Shown: piece by piece, positions 37,176 to 49,516 of the stretch
Position numbering within the stretch: position 1 is the first letter of the stretch
How the letters are laid out: the number at the start of each line of letters is the position of its first letter
From: Antechinus flavipes
Taxonomy: Eukaryota
Length of the DNA stretch: 64,000 nt
Reading direction: 5' to 3'
Assembly (NCBI RefSeq): GCF_016432865.1
Contig: NC_067400.1
Coordinates: 54,374,001 to 54,438,000, forward strand
Made by a program: the position numbers and the translations under genes
The notes under the pieces: model-generated
What the model saw: only the letters and a program-made list of their open reading frames with translations
Told to the model about the DNA's origin: nothing
Databases searched by the model: none

Positions 37176-39634
37176 ATGACATCTCTTTTTGGAACGGCAA
37201 AGAACTGAAAATTAAGGGAATGTCCATCAATTGGGGGATGGCTGAACAAGTTGTAATATATAATTGCACTCTAAGACATATTATACTATTGTATTCTAAG
37301 AAATGACAAGAAGGATGCTTTCAGAAGAACCAGAAAAAGTTAGGTGAACTGATGAATTGCGGAATAAACAGAACCAGTAGAACATTGTACAAAGTAACAG
37401 CAATATTGTGTGAGGATCAACTGCGAATGACTCAGCTATTGTCAACAATAAAATGATCTAAGATAATTTCAAAGGATTTTTGATTAAGAGAAATGATTTG
37501 CGTTCTATCAATAAAAAGTTATTTTAAAAAAAAGAGAAATGATTGCTTCTCTCATTTATTATTTATCCATTTATTATTGGAGACATTCAAGATTTTTTTC
37601 CTTCCTTTTTCCTCTTTCTCTAACATTCTCTTCAATCTTAGGCCCCACTCAACTGGGAAAACTAGCTTAGATCCTAGAGCATCTTAAAGTTTTTTTTCCA
37701 CTTTTGACACCTTTTTGCCTGGGAAATTTTTGTGTGATCCCATGTATATTGGTATAGAAAAGAGGCCTAAAATAAAACATTTCCTGATAATAAATCAAAA
37801 TTTCATAACCCCTATTCAGTTACACAACCCCATAGAAGTTTAGGAAGCTTTGCTTTAGATGAATAATCAGATTCAGGCCAATTGTGTTTCAGTCAGACAT
37901 GTATGAATGGATTACTCTTTTTTTTAAGATTACCTTACACTAGGGTGGTCAGGAAAGAGGTAAGTTACTTTGTCCAAGACTGAATGATCAATCATTTCCC
38001 TGGACCCTGATTAGAAGAAGCCCATTTGTTATTAGAATATTTATTGTTTCATGACTTATTAACCAATCAGAGTTGATTTCTACCCTCAGGAACATTCTCT
38101 CTCCCAAGAACATTTAAGCACTGAGTGGGTTCCATGAAGGTTTTTTGGCATTCCAGAGTGCCACTGACCCTTTTTTAAAAATTATCCTCTTTTAATAATT
38201 AATGAAGAAATTAATCACCCTAAAACTATATCTTTCAAAGTTCTTATATATCATATGCTGAATAATTCTATTCACTACCAGAGAAAGAAGTGATGGAATC
38301 TGAATGCAGATTAAAGCATACTATTCTTTACTCTTTTTATTGGGGGAGATAGTCAGAGTTGTTTCCCAGCCTAACATGTAAATTTAAAATCTTAAGGTTT
38401 TTTTTTTTTAAAGGATGTAGGTTTATAAGCTAAAAAGTTTATAGAAGGAGATAACCAGAAAAGAAAAAAGCTTTTAATATATATCATGTGAAGGTCATTT
38501 GAAGGAATTAGATGATGTTTAAATTCAAGAAAAGACATTCAAGGAAGTTAAGATCAATGTCATGTGAAATAGGAAATGGACTAAAAGTCCATTCTTGCTC
38601 AGCTCAAAGGGCTTAACTGGAAATGATAGAGGAAAGTTTTAAAAAAGCCAATCAGAATTCACATAACAAAAAATGTCCCAGTAATCATAACTATGTCTAA
38701 AAGAATGGATAGTGAGTTCCCTCTTATTGGAGATCTTTAAGCAAGCCCTGGGTGGTCATTTCTCAAGTGCCCATGGTGAGGATGCTTTTTCTGGTATGAT
38801 TGGTGGGGCTGGATGCCAAGATTACTTCTGATCTCTCAAATTCTAGGATTCTGTGATCTCTCTAAAAACAGTTACTCTCTCTAAGTTCAATCTTCAAATA
38901 TTTCTTTTCTCTGCTACCTACTCCCCAATATATGTTATCCATCTTTGCCTTTTCATTACAAAGCTTCACTAAAGAAATGGTCTCATTCCTTAGCCCCCTA
39001 AGATCTGATTTCCATTCCTTCAACTCATCTGAAACACCTGTCTCTAGGGGCACCAGGACTCTAAAAGTCAACTCCATTGATTCATTCTCAGTCCTCACTA
39101 AAGACCTTCCTGCAATCTCTGAAACTCTTGCTCATCCTCCTCTTCTTGATGCCCATTTCTCCTCTGGTTTTCATTTCTCCCCCACATCGCCTTCCTTCCC
39201 CCCTGCAATCCTCACTGTCATAATTCAAGCTATCATCACGTCATACCTGGATTATTGCAATAGCCTTCTATTTAGCCTTCCTGCTTCAAGCCTCTTTCTA
39301 CAGCTTCCCAACAGTCACCAAGTTCAAGTCTGATTTTATCATCCTGACCCAATGTAATCAATTGTCTCCCTATTCCCGTTGGTATTTTGGATAGGCTGGT
39401 GCACAGAGTTTACCCAAATATTTAGAATTCAATATAAACTCCTATGCTTGATGTTTAAATTCTGTACAACCAGACACTCTCTTACTTTTTTAGTCCAACA
39501 AATTTCTCTCTTCCTCATACTCTACAATCCTTTCTCTATGAGACAAGTAGCATAGATGGAATTTCTCCCCTCACCCCCAATTTTACAAGTCAAGAATGGG
39601 AAGGTAAGTTTTTGGCCTAAGGAATGGGAAGGTA

Positions 39635-39792
39635 GGGCAGCTGGGTGGCACAGTGGATAGAGCACCAATTCTCAAGTCAGGAGGGCCTGAGTTCAAATTT
39701 GACCTAAGCCACTTATCATTTCCTAGCTGTGTGACTCCAGGCAAGTCACTTAACCCCAATTGCCACAACAACAACAACAACAACAACAACAA
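39635..39792 (+). mobile_element. WSINE1-like SINE, spacer 4-5, with a (CAA)n tail
   Basis: 16 bp TSD AA(G/A)GAATGGGAAGGTA at 39619-39634 and 39793-39808. Confidence 0.9.
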
Positions 39793-40360
39793 AAAGAATG
39801 GGAAGGTAAAAGAAATTATCTATCTGTCCCCTAGTAGTACAGCCAGTAAAAGGGGCAGGGATAATATAGAAACATGGGCTCTTAGTGATTAGACATGGAA
39901 TTGGAAGGAACTTTTAAAAACATCTCATCCAACTCTCATTTTACAGAAAAGAAAATTGAGTCCTGGGGAGGTTGTGATTTGCCTAAGGTTCTAAACACAA
40001 TGAGAATCACAGGCAGGATGTTATAAAGACAATATATGGACCCAACTTTCTTGACACCATATCCAACATTCTTCCCAGCATGCCAAATAGTGAAAGTAAT
40101 AATCTTCACAATAGTATCCCCTCTCATGAATATTATGCAATGTTCAGGTTTCCTGCCTAGGACTACAAATTTCAGCTTTTAAAACTTCCCATTAAAATGT
40201 GGCTGTGAAACAGTGTGAAATTCAGGAAATCCTAAAACAAATAATTTCATGAGGCAGAGGAGGCTCAAAGAGGAAGTAAACAAGAAAGAAGAGTTCATGT
40301 GATTATCATGGGATAAACAACAAAAAACATCATGGGTCTTGGACCAGCTCTTGAGCAGTG

Positions 40361-40368
40361 TATATAAG
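40361..40368 (+). promoter_or_regulatory. TATA box of copy 5
   Basis: TATATAAG 99 bp before the ATG. Confidence 0.85.
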
Positions 40369-40459
40369 GACTGTCCTGTAGAAGGAGAGTATCAAACTTC
40401 ACTCACCTCTCCTGAGTTCTTTCTCTCCTCGCATCATTTGAACCCTCTGTTCTGACACT

Positions 40460-40837
40460 ATGGGTTGTTGTGGCTGTAGAGGAAGCTGTACCACCTGTAA
40501 CAGCTGTGGTGGCTGCGGCTGTGGTTGCGGCGGCTGTGGCGGCTGCGGCTGTGGAGGCTGTGGCTGTGGAGGCTGTGGCGGCTGTGGCAATTGCTGTACC
40601 ACCTGTACCTGCCGCCGTGTAGGCTGCTGCTCTGGCTGCTGCCCCTGCTGCTGTGGCTGCTGCGGGGGCTGCTGCAGCCCTACAGTGGTCTGCTGCCGCC
40701 GCACCTGCTGCTGTGGTGGCTGTGGCTCCTGTGGCTGTGGCTGTGGCTGTGGTAAGGGCTGTGGCTGTTGCAAGGGCTGCTGCCAACAGAAATGCTGCTG
40801 CCAGCAGTGCTGCTGTAAGAAGCAATGCTGCTGCTAG
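40460..40837 (+). CDS. SCYGR: SCYGR/KRTAP28-like protein, copy 5 (125 aa)
   Basis: Intact ORF; TATATAAG at 40361; AATAAA at 41488. Confidence 0.92.
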   Translation: MGCCGCRGSCTTCNSCGGCGCGCGGCGGCGCGGCGCGGCGGCGNCCTTCTCRRVGCCSGCCPCCCGCCGGCCSPTVVCCRRTCCCGGCGSCGCGCGCGKGCGCCKGCCQQKCCCQQCCCKKQCCC

Positions 40838-42734
40838 GTGGGAAAACTCTCCACCAATCGGTAAGATTTCACAGGGGTTTAGCAATAGAGCATTGGCCTG
40901 AGACTTAAGGAGATGAGGTCCTAAACCTCACTCTGCCAGTGACTTAACTTAAGACCTCATGCATGTCACTTGCACAGACTTAGAGAAAAATCAGTTCTCA
41001 GAGAGAAAAGGAACATGAGAGGGCAACGTGATTCTAATTTACCTCATTTCCCAAAATAAGAAGCTTAAATAAAATGGACTATGAGATTATTGTCAGCTCT
41101 GAGGTCTGACTGCTGTTATTCACTTCTGCTCTTTTCTGGCCTGAATAGAATTGATGCATCCACGAACATATATGATCCTTTGAGTTATTTGCACTTAATG
41201 CCTCTTCTCAAAGGCACTGTTGCAACTGAGATCTGTCTCCCTACGAGGCTTGTCTCTCAATACAATTGGTGTCGGACAGTAAAAAAAGAATACAGCCCAG
41301 CTACTGAATAGTCTAGCCTATGAGCCAAGCAAATTGGAATCATAATTTTTTAAAATATTTTCTTTCTTGTTGAATTTCATCCTCTTCTGGCTTTTTTACC
41401 TTTAATTTTGTTCTTTCTATTTGTACTATATATTATTTTACTACTCTGCTGCTTTGGAGTCTTTCTAAATCTTTACTATTTTTTCTCAATAAAATCCAAA
41501 AAATGACCATAAAATCACTCATGATCCTTTTTCGTTTGAATGTATGGAAAACTCTAGTCTAAGAGAAGCACAATCATATCCTCTTGAGGACTGGATTTTC
41601 TCACAAAAGTGGGGCTCTTATCATGTTGCTACTAAGGGTTAAGGGTTCAATAGATGAGAAGCATTCAGTTCAGAGATAATGCAAATTTCCATGCCACTGG
41701 TACGCATCTTACCTTGGGAATCCTCAAGGAAATAATCCCTGCTCACACACCAATGTTGAGAAATGTTTTCCCTCCATCACATGTTTATTGAACATTTCTG
41801 ATGAATAAAGACAACATAGCCTTATTCCTGGAAATAGGGGTGCCTTTAAAGAATGATCTTTAAAACAAGACTGTCTTGACACCTCTGCAACTCCAAATGT
41901 AGTGTCCTTCCTGTGCCAAGTCTGATGCGCTTCCATGATAGCAATAATTACAGGGGCACTACAAAGCTAACAAACACCCAGGTTTCCTCCTCCAGTCATA
42001 GGTCTCCTTGGAGTGGATCACCCTAAGATATCTGAGGAGCCCTCTAATTAATTTGAAAAGAAGCATACCTTAAGCAGGAGCCACTACCGCATTGTTCCTT
42101 TGCTCTTTTGTTCCTCATGCTCTATCACCATCGTGGGGATATTGCTATTGACTATGTCAAAAGGAACCCTCAAGCAAAGTCAGCATGTGAGCACTGGAAA
42201 TGCTGCCAGTCTAGAGCTTCTGAAAGGAAAAGTCCTCCCTGGTGTGGCTGTCCTGAGCAATATTTAATGGATGGAACGTTCTTGTCTATTGGTTCAAGTC
42301 CTTAAGATGCCAAGACTTTATTTTACCTTCCTTATTGTCCCTGAACACATTGTTGTCATTTGTAGCATGTGTGTCTGTGTGAGTGCATTTTGCCTTGAGA
42401 AACGAAGTTGACAATCTGTGTTCTGACTGTGTTCTATGTTTCTTTTGAATTCAACATTGTAAGTGTATAAGTAACTCTTTTTTGTTACTACAGCAGGGAA
42501 ACAAGAGGTTTTTTCCCCCACTGGTGTGATTTGCATATATGTATATATATAAAATATGTATTTTTTAAATATTAAAGTAAAAGGAGTTGTTATCCATATT
42601 TTCTTTCTCTTTGGAATTGTACAATCTAGTTTATTGTATCAGCTATTTTTATCACTACCTACATTGCAGAAACAACATGATTGCTATTTCAGAAGGGGAG
42701 ATCAATAATATTCTATTAAGTGAATACTCATGTG

Positions 42735-43259
42735 AGAGATAAAGAGAGAGAGAGGAGGGAGGAAGAGAAAAATATATGGGGAAGGAAGGAGGAATAGAGA
42801 AAGATAAGGGGGAAGGAAGAATAAGGGGAAGAGCTAGAAGGAGCAAGGGAGAGGAGAAGGGGAGAAGAAGAGAAAGAGAGAGGAAGATAAAGGGACAGAG
42901 AGAAAAGAAGAAAGAGGACAGGAAGTAGGAAAAGAAGAAGGAGAAGGAGAAGAAGAAGGAGAGGGAGAAAAAGGAAAAGAAGAAGAAGGAGGAGGAGGAG
43001 AAGGAGAAGGAGGAGGAGAGGAGGAGAAGGAAAAGGAGGAGGAGACAGATGAGGAGGAGGAGGAGAAGGAGGAGAAGAGGTAGGGAGAGGAGGAAGGGGG
43101 AGATGGAGGAGGAGGGGGAAGGGGAGGGGAGCAGGGGATCCAGGAAGAGAAGCAAAAGGAGGAGGAACAGAGGAAGGGGAGGAAGAGAAAGAGGAGGAGT
43201 AAGGGGAAGAGGTGGAGGAGCAGGAGGAGGAGGAAGAGGAGTAAAGGGAGGAGGAGGAG
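42735..43259. repeat. Polypurine tract
   Basis: Near-pure A/G on the plus strand. Confidence 0.95.
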
Positions 43260-46200
43260 CATAAAAGTTGTAATCTATACATCAGCGAATTTGGCTTGGA
43301 ATGACAGAAGCTTCTAGCACTGAATAATAGGACAAATTGATGGATTAAAAACTGAACAGTTTCAAAGATAATTTAAATTTTTCAAGGAGGTCTCCAGGGG
43401 AGTGCTCTGGGCTTTGCTGTTTAACATTTTCAATAATGACCCTGAAAAAAATGTGGATGACATCCCTAGAAAATTCACAAGGGATAAAAGAGTAGAAGTG
43501 CCGGTTAACACCACCAAATGATATCAGGTTTCGAAAGAATTTTCAGACACTAAAACTATGGGCTGACTCCAACAAAATGAATTTGATAAGGAGAAATGTA
43601 TGTGTGCACATTTAGTTTCAAAAATTCAATTGCACACATTCAAGATGAGGGAGGAACAGTACAAATGTAGTCTGCATGAAAAAGATCTGTAGATTTTGCT
43701 GGACCACAAGCCCAATATGAATCAACAGTGTACCATGACAGCCAAAAGAATGAGCTAGTGTGACCTGAAGCTTCATGGAGAAACATGACTTTCAAGAATC
43801 AGGAAGTCATTATTTCTACCTTAGCTTCCTTTACTCATACTTGGAACATTATGGTCAGTTCTTTCTCTACCATGGAAGAAGAATATTTATACTGTGTATA
43901 ACATCTAACCCAACAATATCACTACAGGGTCTACATCCCCCAAAAAGGTTTTTTTTTTTAACATAGAAGAAAAATATCCACATGTACAAAAATATTTATG
44001 ACATCTCTTCTTGGAATGGCAAAGAACTGGAAATTAAGGGGATGGCCATCAGTTGGGGAATGGCTAAACAAGTTGTAATATATGATTATGATGGAGTACT
44101 ATTGAACTCTAAGAAATGACAAGCAGGATCCTTTCAGAATAATCTGGAGTTAGGTGAATTGAGGCATAGTGGATTAAGCAATTCTAGGAGAACACTGTAC
44201 AAAGTAACAGCAGTATTGTGTGATGATCAACTGTGAATGACTTAGCTATTGTCAATAACAAAATGATCTGAGACGATTTCAAAGGATTTATGATTGAGAG
44301 AAATGATTGCTTCTCTCATTTATTATTTATCCATTTATTATTGGAGAAATTCAGGATTTTTTCCTTCCTATTTGCTCCTTCTCTGACATTCTCTTCAATT
44401 TTAGGCTAACTCAACTGGGAAAACTAGCTTAGATTCTAGAACTTCTTAAAGTTATTTCTACTTGTGACCCCTTTTTGCCTGAGAAATTTTTTGTGTGACC
44501 CCATGTATATAGTTATATAAAAGAGGCTTAACAAATCAAACATTTCCTGATAATAAATCATAATTTCATAACCCCCTATTCAGTTACACAACCCCATAGA
44601 AGTTTAGGAAGCTTTGTTTTAGATGAATAAGCAGATTCAGGCCAGTTGTATTTCAGTCAGACATGTATGAATGGATTACTCTTTTTTTAAAGATCACATT
44701 ACACTAGGGTGGTCAGGAAAGAGGTAAGTTACTTTGTCCAAGACTGAATGATCAATCATTTCCCTGGACTCCCATTAGAATACGCGCACTTCTTATTAGA
44801 ATATTTATTGTTTCATGACTTATAAACCAATCAGAGTTGATTTTTACCCTCAGGAACACTCACTAGTTCATGAACATTTAAGCACTGAGTGGGTTCCATG
44901 AGGGATTTTTGGAATTCCAGAGTGCCACTGACCCTTTTTAAAAATTATTCTCTGATAATAATTAATGAAGAAATTAATAACCCTAAAACTATATCTCTCA
45001 AACTTCTTATATATCACATGATGAATAATTCTATCCATTTCCAGAGAAAGAAGTCATGGAATCTGAATGCAGATTAAAGCATACTATTCTTTACTCTTTT
45101 TACTGGAGAGAATGGGAGTTCTTTTCCAACCTAACATGTAAATTTAAATTTTAAGGATTTTTTTTAAAGATGTATCTTTATAAGGTAAAAAGTTGACAGA
45201 ATGAGATAAGCAGAAGAGAGAAAGGCCTTTAATTCATATCATAAGAAGGTCATTTGAAGGAATTATATGATGTTCAATTTCAAGAAAAGAAATTCAAGGA
45301 AGGATAAGATCAATGTCATGTGAAATAGGGAATGGACTTTTACTGCTCAGACCAAAGGGCTTAACTGGAAATGATGGATGAAAGTTTCAAAGAAGCCAAT
45401 CAAATTTCATATAACAGTACATGTCCCAGTAATTATAACTATGTCTAATAGAATGGATAGTGAGTTCCCTCTTATTGGAGATCTTTAAGCAAGCCCTGGA
45501 TGGTCATTTCTCAAGTGCCCATAGTGAGGATGCTTGTTCTGGTATGATAGGTGGAGTTGGATGCCAAGATCATTTCTGATCTCTCAAATTCTGGGATTCT
45601 GTGATCTCTCTAAAAACAGTTCCTCTCTCTAAAAACAGTTCAAATCTTCCATATCCTAAACAATAACCATAATACTATTTCTTTTCTCTGCTACCTACTC
45701 TGCAATATGTTACCCATCTTCGTCTTTTCATTACAAAGCTTCACTAAAGAAGTGGTCTCATTCCTTAGGCCCCTAAGATCTGACTTCCATTCCTACAAGT
45801 CATCTGAAACACCTGTCTCTAGGGGCATCAGGACTCTAAAAGTCAATTCCATTGATTCATTCTAAGTCCTCACTAAAGACCTTGTTGCAATCTCTGAAAC
45901 ACTTGCTCACCCCCCTCTTCTTGATGCTCATTTCTCCGATGGTTTTCATTTCTCCCCTACATCTCCTTCCCTTCCCCCCAATCCTCACTCTGATAACTCA
46001 AGCTTTCATCACCTCATGCCTGGATTATTGCAATAGTCTTCTATTTTGGCCTTCCTGCTTCAAGCCTCTTTCTACTCCAATCCAGCTTCCCAACAGCCAC
46101 TAAATTTAAGTCTGACCTTATCATCCGGAATCAATGTAATCCAGTTTCTCCCTATTCCCTTTAGTATTTTTGATAGGCTAGTGCACAGTTGACTCAGATA

Positions 46201-46815
46201 TTTAGAATTCAATACAAACGCCTATGCTTGACATTTAAACTCTATACAACCTGACCCTCTCTTACTTTTTTAATCTTACAAATTTTTCTCTTCCTCACAC
46301 TCTACAATCCTTTCTCTATGAGGCAAGTAGCATAGATGGTATTTCTCCCCTCAGAACCAGTTTTACAAGTAAAGAATGGGAAGGTAAGTTTCTGGCCTAA
46401 AGAATGGAAAGGTAAAAGAAATTTAGGTAAGTTTCTGGCCCATGGTAGTATAACCAGTAAAAGGGGCAGGGCTAAGATAGAATCATGGGCTCTTAGGGAT
46501 GTAGACTTGGAACATGTAGAACATTCCATGTAGACAGGGATGTAGAAGAACCCCTAAAAGCATCTCACACAACTCTTATTTTACAGATAAGAAAACTGAG
46601 TCCTAGGGAGGTTGTGATTTGCCTAAGGTTATAAAGGCAATGAGAATCAGAGGCAGGACATTATAAAGACAATACATGGACCCAACTTTCTTGACAACAT
46701 ATCCAACATTCTTCCCAGCATGCCAAATGGTGAAAATAATGATCCTCTCAATAGTATCCCCTCTCATGAGTATTATCCAATGTTCAGGTTCCCTGCCTAG
46801 GACTATATATTTCAA

Positions 46816-48840
46816 CCTTTTTTTATTGACAGAACATGTGCATGGGTAATTTTTTTTTACAACATTATCCCTTGCACTCACTTCTGTTCCAACTTTTCCC
46901 TTCCCTCCCTCCACCCCCTCCCCTAGATGGCAGGCAGTCTTATACATGTTCAATATATTATAGTATATCCTACATACAATATATGTGTGCAGAACCATAC
47001 AGTTCTCTTGTTGTACAAGAAGAATTGGATTCAGAAGGTAAAAATACCCTGGGAAGAAAAACAAAAATGCAAGTAGTCCTCATTCATTTCCCAGTGTTCC
47101 TTCTCTGGGTGTAGCTGCTTCTGTTCATCATTGATCAATTAGAACTGAATTAGATTTTCTCTTTGTCGAAGAGATCCACTTCCATCAGAATACATCCTCA
47201 TATAGTATTATTGTTTTTTTTAAATTATAACTTTTTATTTACAAGTTATATGCATGGGTAATTCAGCATTGACAATTGGCAAACTTTTCTTCAAATTTTT
47301 CCCCTCCTTTCCCCCATCCCCTCCCCGAGATGGCAGGTTAACCAATACATGTTAAATATGTTAAAATATAACTTAAATGCAATATAAATATACATGTCCA
47401 AACAGTTATTTTGCTGTACAAAAAGAATCGGACTTTGAAATAATGTACTATTAGCCTGTGAAGGAAATCAAAAATGCAGGTGGACAAAAATAAAGGGATT
47501 GGGAATTCTATGTAATGTTTCATAGTCATCTCCCAGAGTTCTTTTGCTGGGTGTAGCTAGTTCAATTCATTACTGCTTTAATAGAACTGATTTGGTTCAT
47601 CTCATTGCTGGAGATGGCCACATCCATCAGAATTGATCATCATATAGTATTGTTGTTGAAGTATATAATGATCTCCTGGTCCTGCTCGTTTCACTCAGCA
47701 TCAGTTCATGTAAGTCTCTCCAGGCCTTTCTGAAATCATCCTACTGGTCATTTCTTACTGAACAATATTATTCCATAATATTCATATACCACAATTTATT
47801 CAGCCATTCTCCAATTGATGGGCATCCATTCAGTTTCCAGTTTCTGGCCACTACAAAGAGACCTGCTACAAACCCTCTTGCACATACAAGTACCTTTCCC
47901 TTCTTTAAGATTTCTTTGGGATATAAGCCCAGTAGAAACACTACTGGATCAAAGGGTATGCACAGTTTGATAACTTTTTGAGCATGGTTCCAAATTGCTC
48001 TCCAGAATGGCTGGATGTGTTCACAATTCCACCAGCGATGTATTAGTGTCCCTGTTTTCCCACATCCCCTCCAACATTCCACATTATCTTTTCCTATCAT
48101 TCTAGCTAATCGGACAGGTATGTAGTGGTATCTCAGAGTTGTCTTAATTTGCATTTCTGTGATTAATAATGACTTGGAGCATCTTTTCATATGGCTAGAA
48201 ATAGTTTCAATTTCTTCATCTGAGAATTGTCTGTTCATATCCTTTGACCATTTATCAATTGGAGAATGGCTTGATTTCTTATAAATTAGAGTCAATTCTC
48301 TCTATATTTTGGAAATGAGGCCTTTATCAGAACCTTTAACTGTAAAAATATTTTCCCAGTTTGTTGCTTCCCTTCTAATCTTGTTTGCATTGGATGATTT
48401 CAGAAAGGCCTGGAGAGACTTACATGAACTGATGCTGAGTATGTATTGCTCAACCCGCCATCAGGAGGAGGGATTGGGGAGAAGGAGGGGAAAAATTTGA
48501 ACAAAAGATTTGTCAATTATCAATGCTGTAAAATTACCCAAGCATATAACTTGTAAATAAAAAGCTATTAAAAAATAAAAATAAATATTAAAAAAAATTT
48601 TGTTTGCATTAGTTTTGTTTGTATAAAGGCTTTTTAAATTGATATAATCAAAATTTTCTATTTTTTTGTGATCAACAATGATTTCTAGTTCTTTGTTGGT
48701 CACAAATTCCTTCTTCCTCCACAAGTCTGAGAGATAAAGTATCCTATGATCCTCTAATTTATATATAATCTCGTTTTTTATGACTGAATCATGGACCCAT
48801 TTTGATCTTATCTTGGTATACTGTGTTAAGTGTGAGTCCA
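46816..48840 (-). mobile_element. Composite L1 insertion of about 2.0 kb in the promoter of copy 6 (three nested L1 pieces)
   Basis: ORFs 48461..48841 and 47768..48295 encode the L1 ORF2 C-terminus (YTKIRSKW; HMKRC..CWRGCGKTGTLIH..IPFDP..WLNKLWY). ATATTTCA..TTTT flanks both ends and occurs once in the other promoters. Confidence 0.92.
48392..48599 (+). mobile_element. Internally deleted mini-L1 nested in the larger L1
   Basis: 11 bp TSD TTGTTTGCATT (48381-48391 and 48600-48610); A-rich tail. Confidence 0.75.
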
Positions 48841-49046
48841 TGCATATTTCAGTTTTTTAAACTTCCCATTAGAATATGGCTTTGAAATCCAGTGAAATTC
48901 AGGAAATCCTAAAAAAAAATTTTTTTTTAATGAGGCAGAGGAGGCTCAAAAAGGAAGTAAACAAGAAAATAGAGCTCATGTGATTATCAGAACTAGGATA
49001 AACAAACAATAAACATCATGGGTCCTGAACCAGCTGTTGAGTAGGG

Positions 49047-49054
49047 TATATAAG
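49047..49054 (+). promoter_or_regulatory. TATA box of copy 6
   Basis: TATATAAG 98 bp before the ATG. Confidence 0.85.
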
Positions 49055-49144
49055 GGCTGTCCTGTGAAGGAGAGCATTAAACTTCATTCACCTCTCCTGA
49101 GTCCTTTCTCTCCTCGCATCATTTGAACCCTCTGTTCTGACACT

Positions 49145-49516
49145 ATGGGTTGTTGTGGCTGTAGAGGAAGCTGTACCACCTGCAATAGCTGTGGTGGCTG
49201 TGGCTGTGGTGGCTGCGGCGGCTGCGGTGGCTGCGGCTGTGGAGGCTGTGGCTGTGGAGGCTGTGGCGGCTGTGGCAATTGCTGTACCACCTGTACCTGC
49301 CGCCGTGTAGGCTGCTGCTCTGGCTGCTGCCCCTGCTGCTGTGGCTGCTGTGGGGGCTGCTGCAGCCCTACAGTGGTCTGCTGCCGCCGCACCTGCTGCT
49401 GTGGTGGCTGTGGCTGTGGCTGTGGCTGTGGCAAGGGCTGTGGCTGTTGCAAGGGCTGCTGCCAACAGAAATGCTGCTGCCAGCAGTGCTGCTGTAAGAA
49501 ACAATGCTGCTGCTAG
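49145..49516 (+). CDS. SCYGR: SCYGR/KRTAP28-like protein, copy 6 (123 aa)
   Basis: Intact ORF; TATATAAG at 49047; AATAAA at 49563 and 50174. Confidence 0.92.
   Translation: MGCCGCRGSCTTCNSCGGCGCGGCGGCGGCGCGGCGCGGCGGCGNCCTTCTCRRVGCCSGCCPCCCGCCGGCCSPTVVCCRRTCCCGGCGCGCGCGKGCGCCKGCCQQKCCCQQCCCKKQCCC

Noticed and set aside
47768-48295. 175 aa ORF with a CCHC-like motif
   Set aside because: This is an L1 ORF2 C-terminal fragment, not a host gene.
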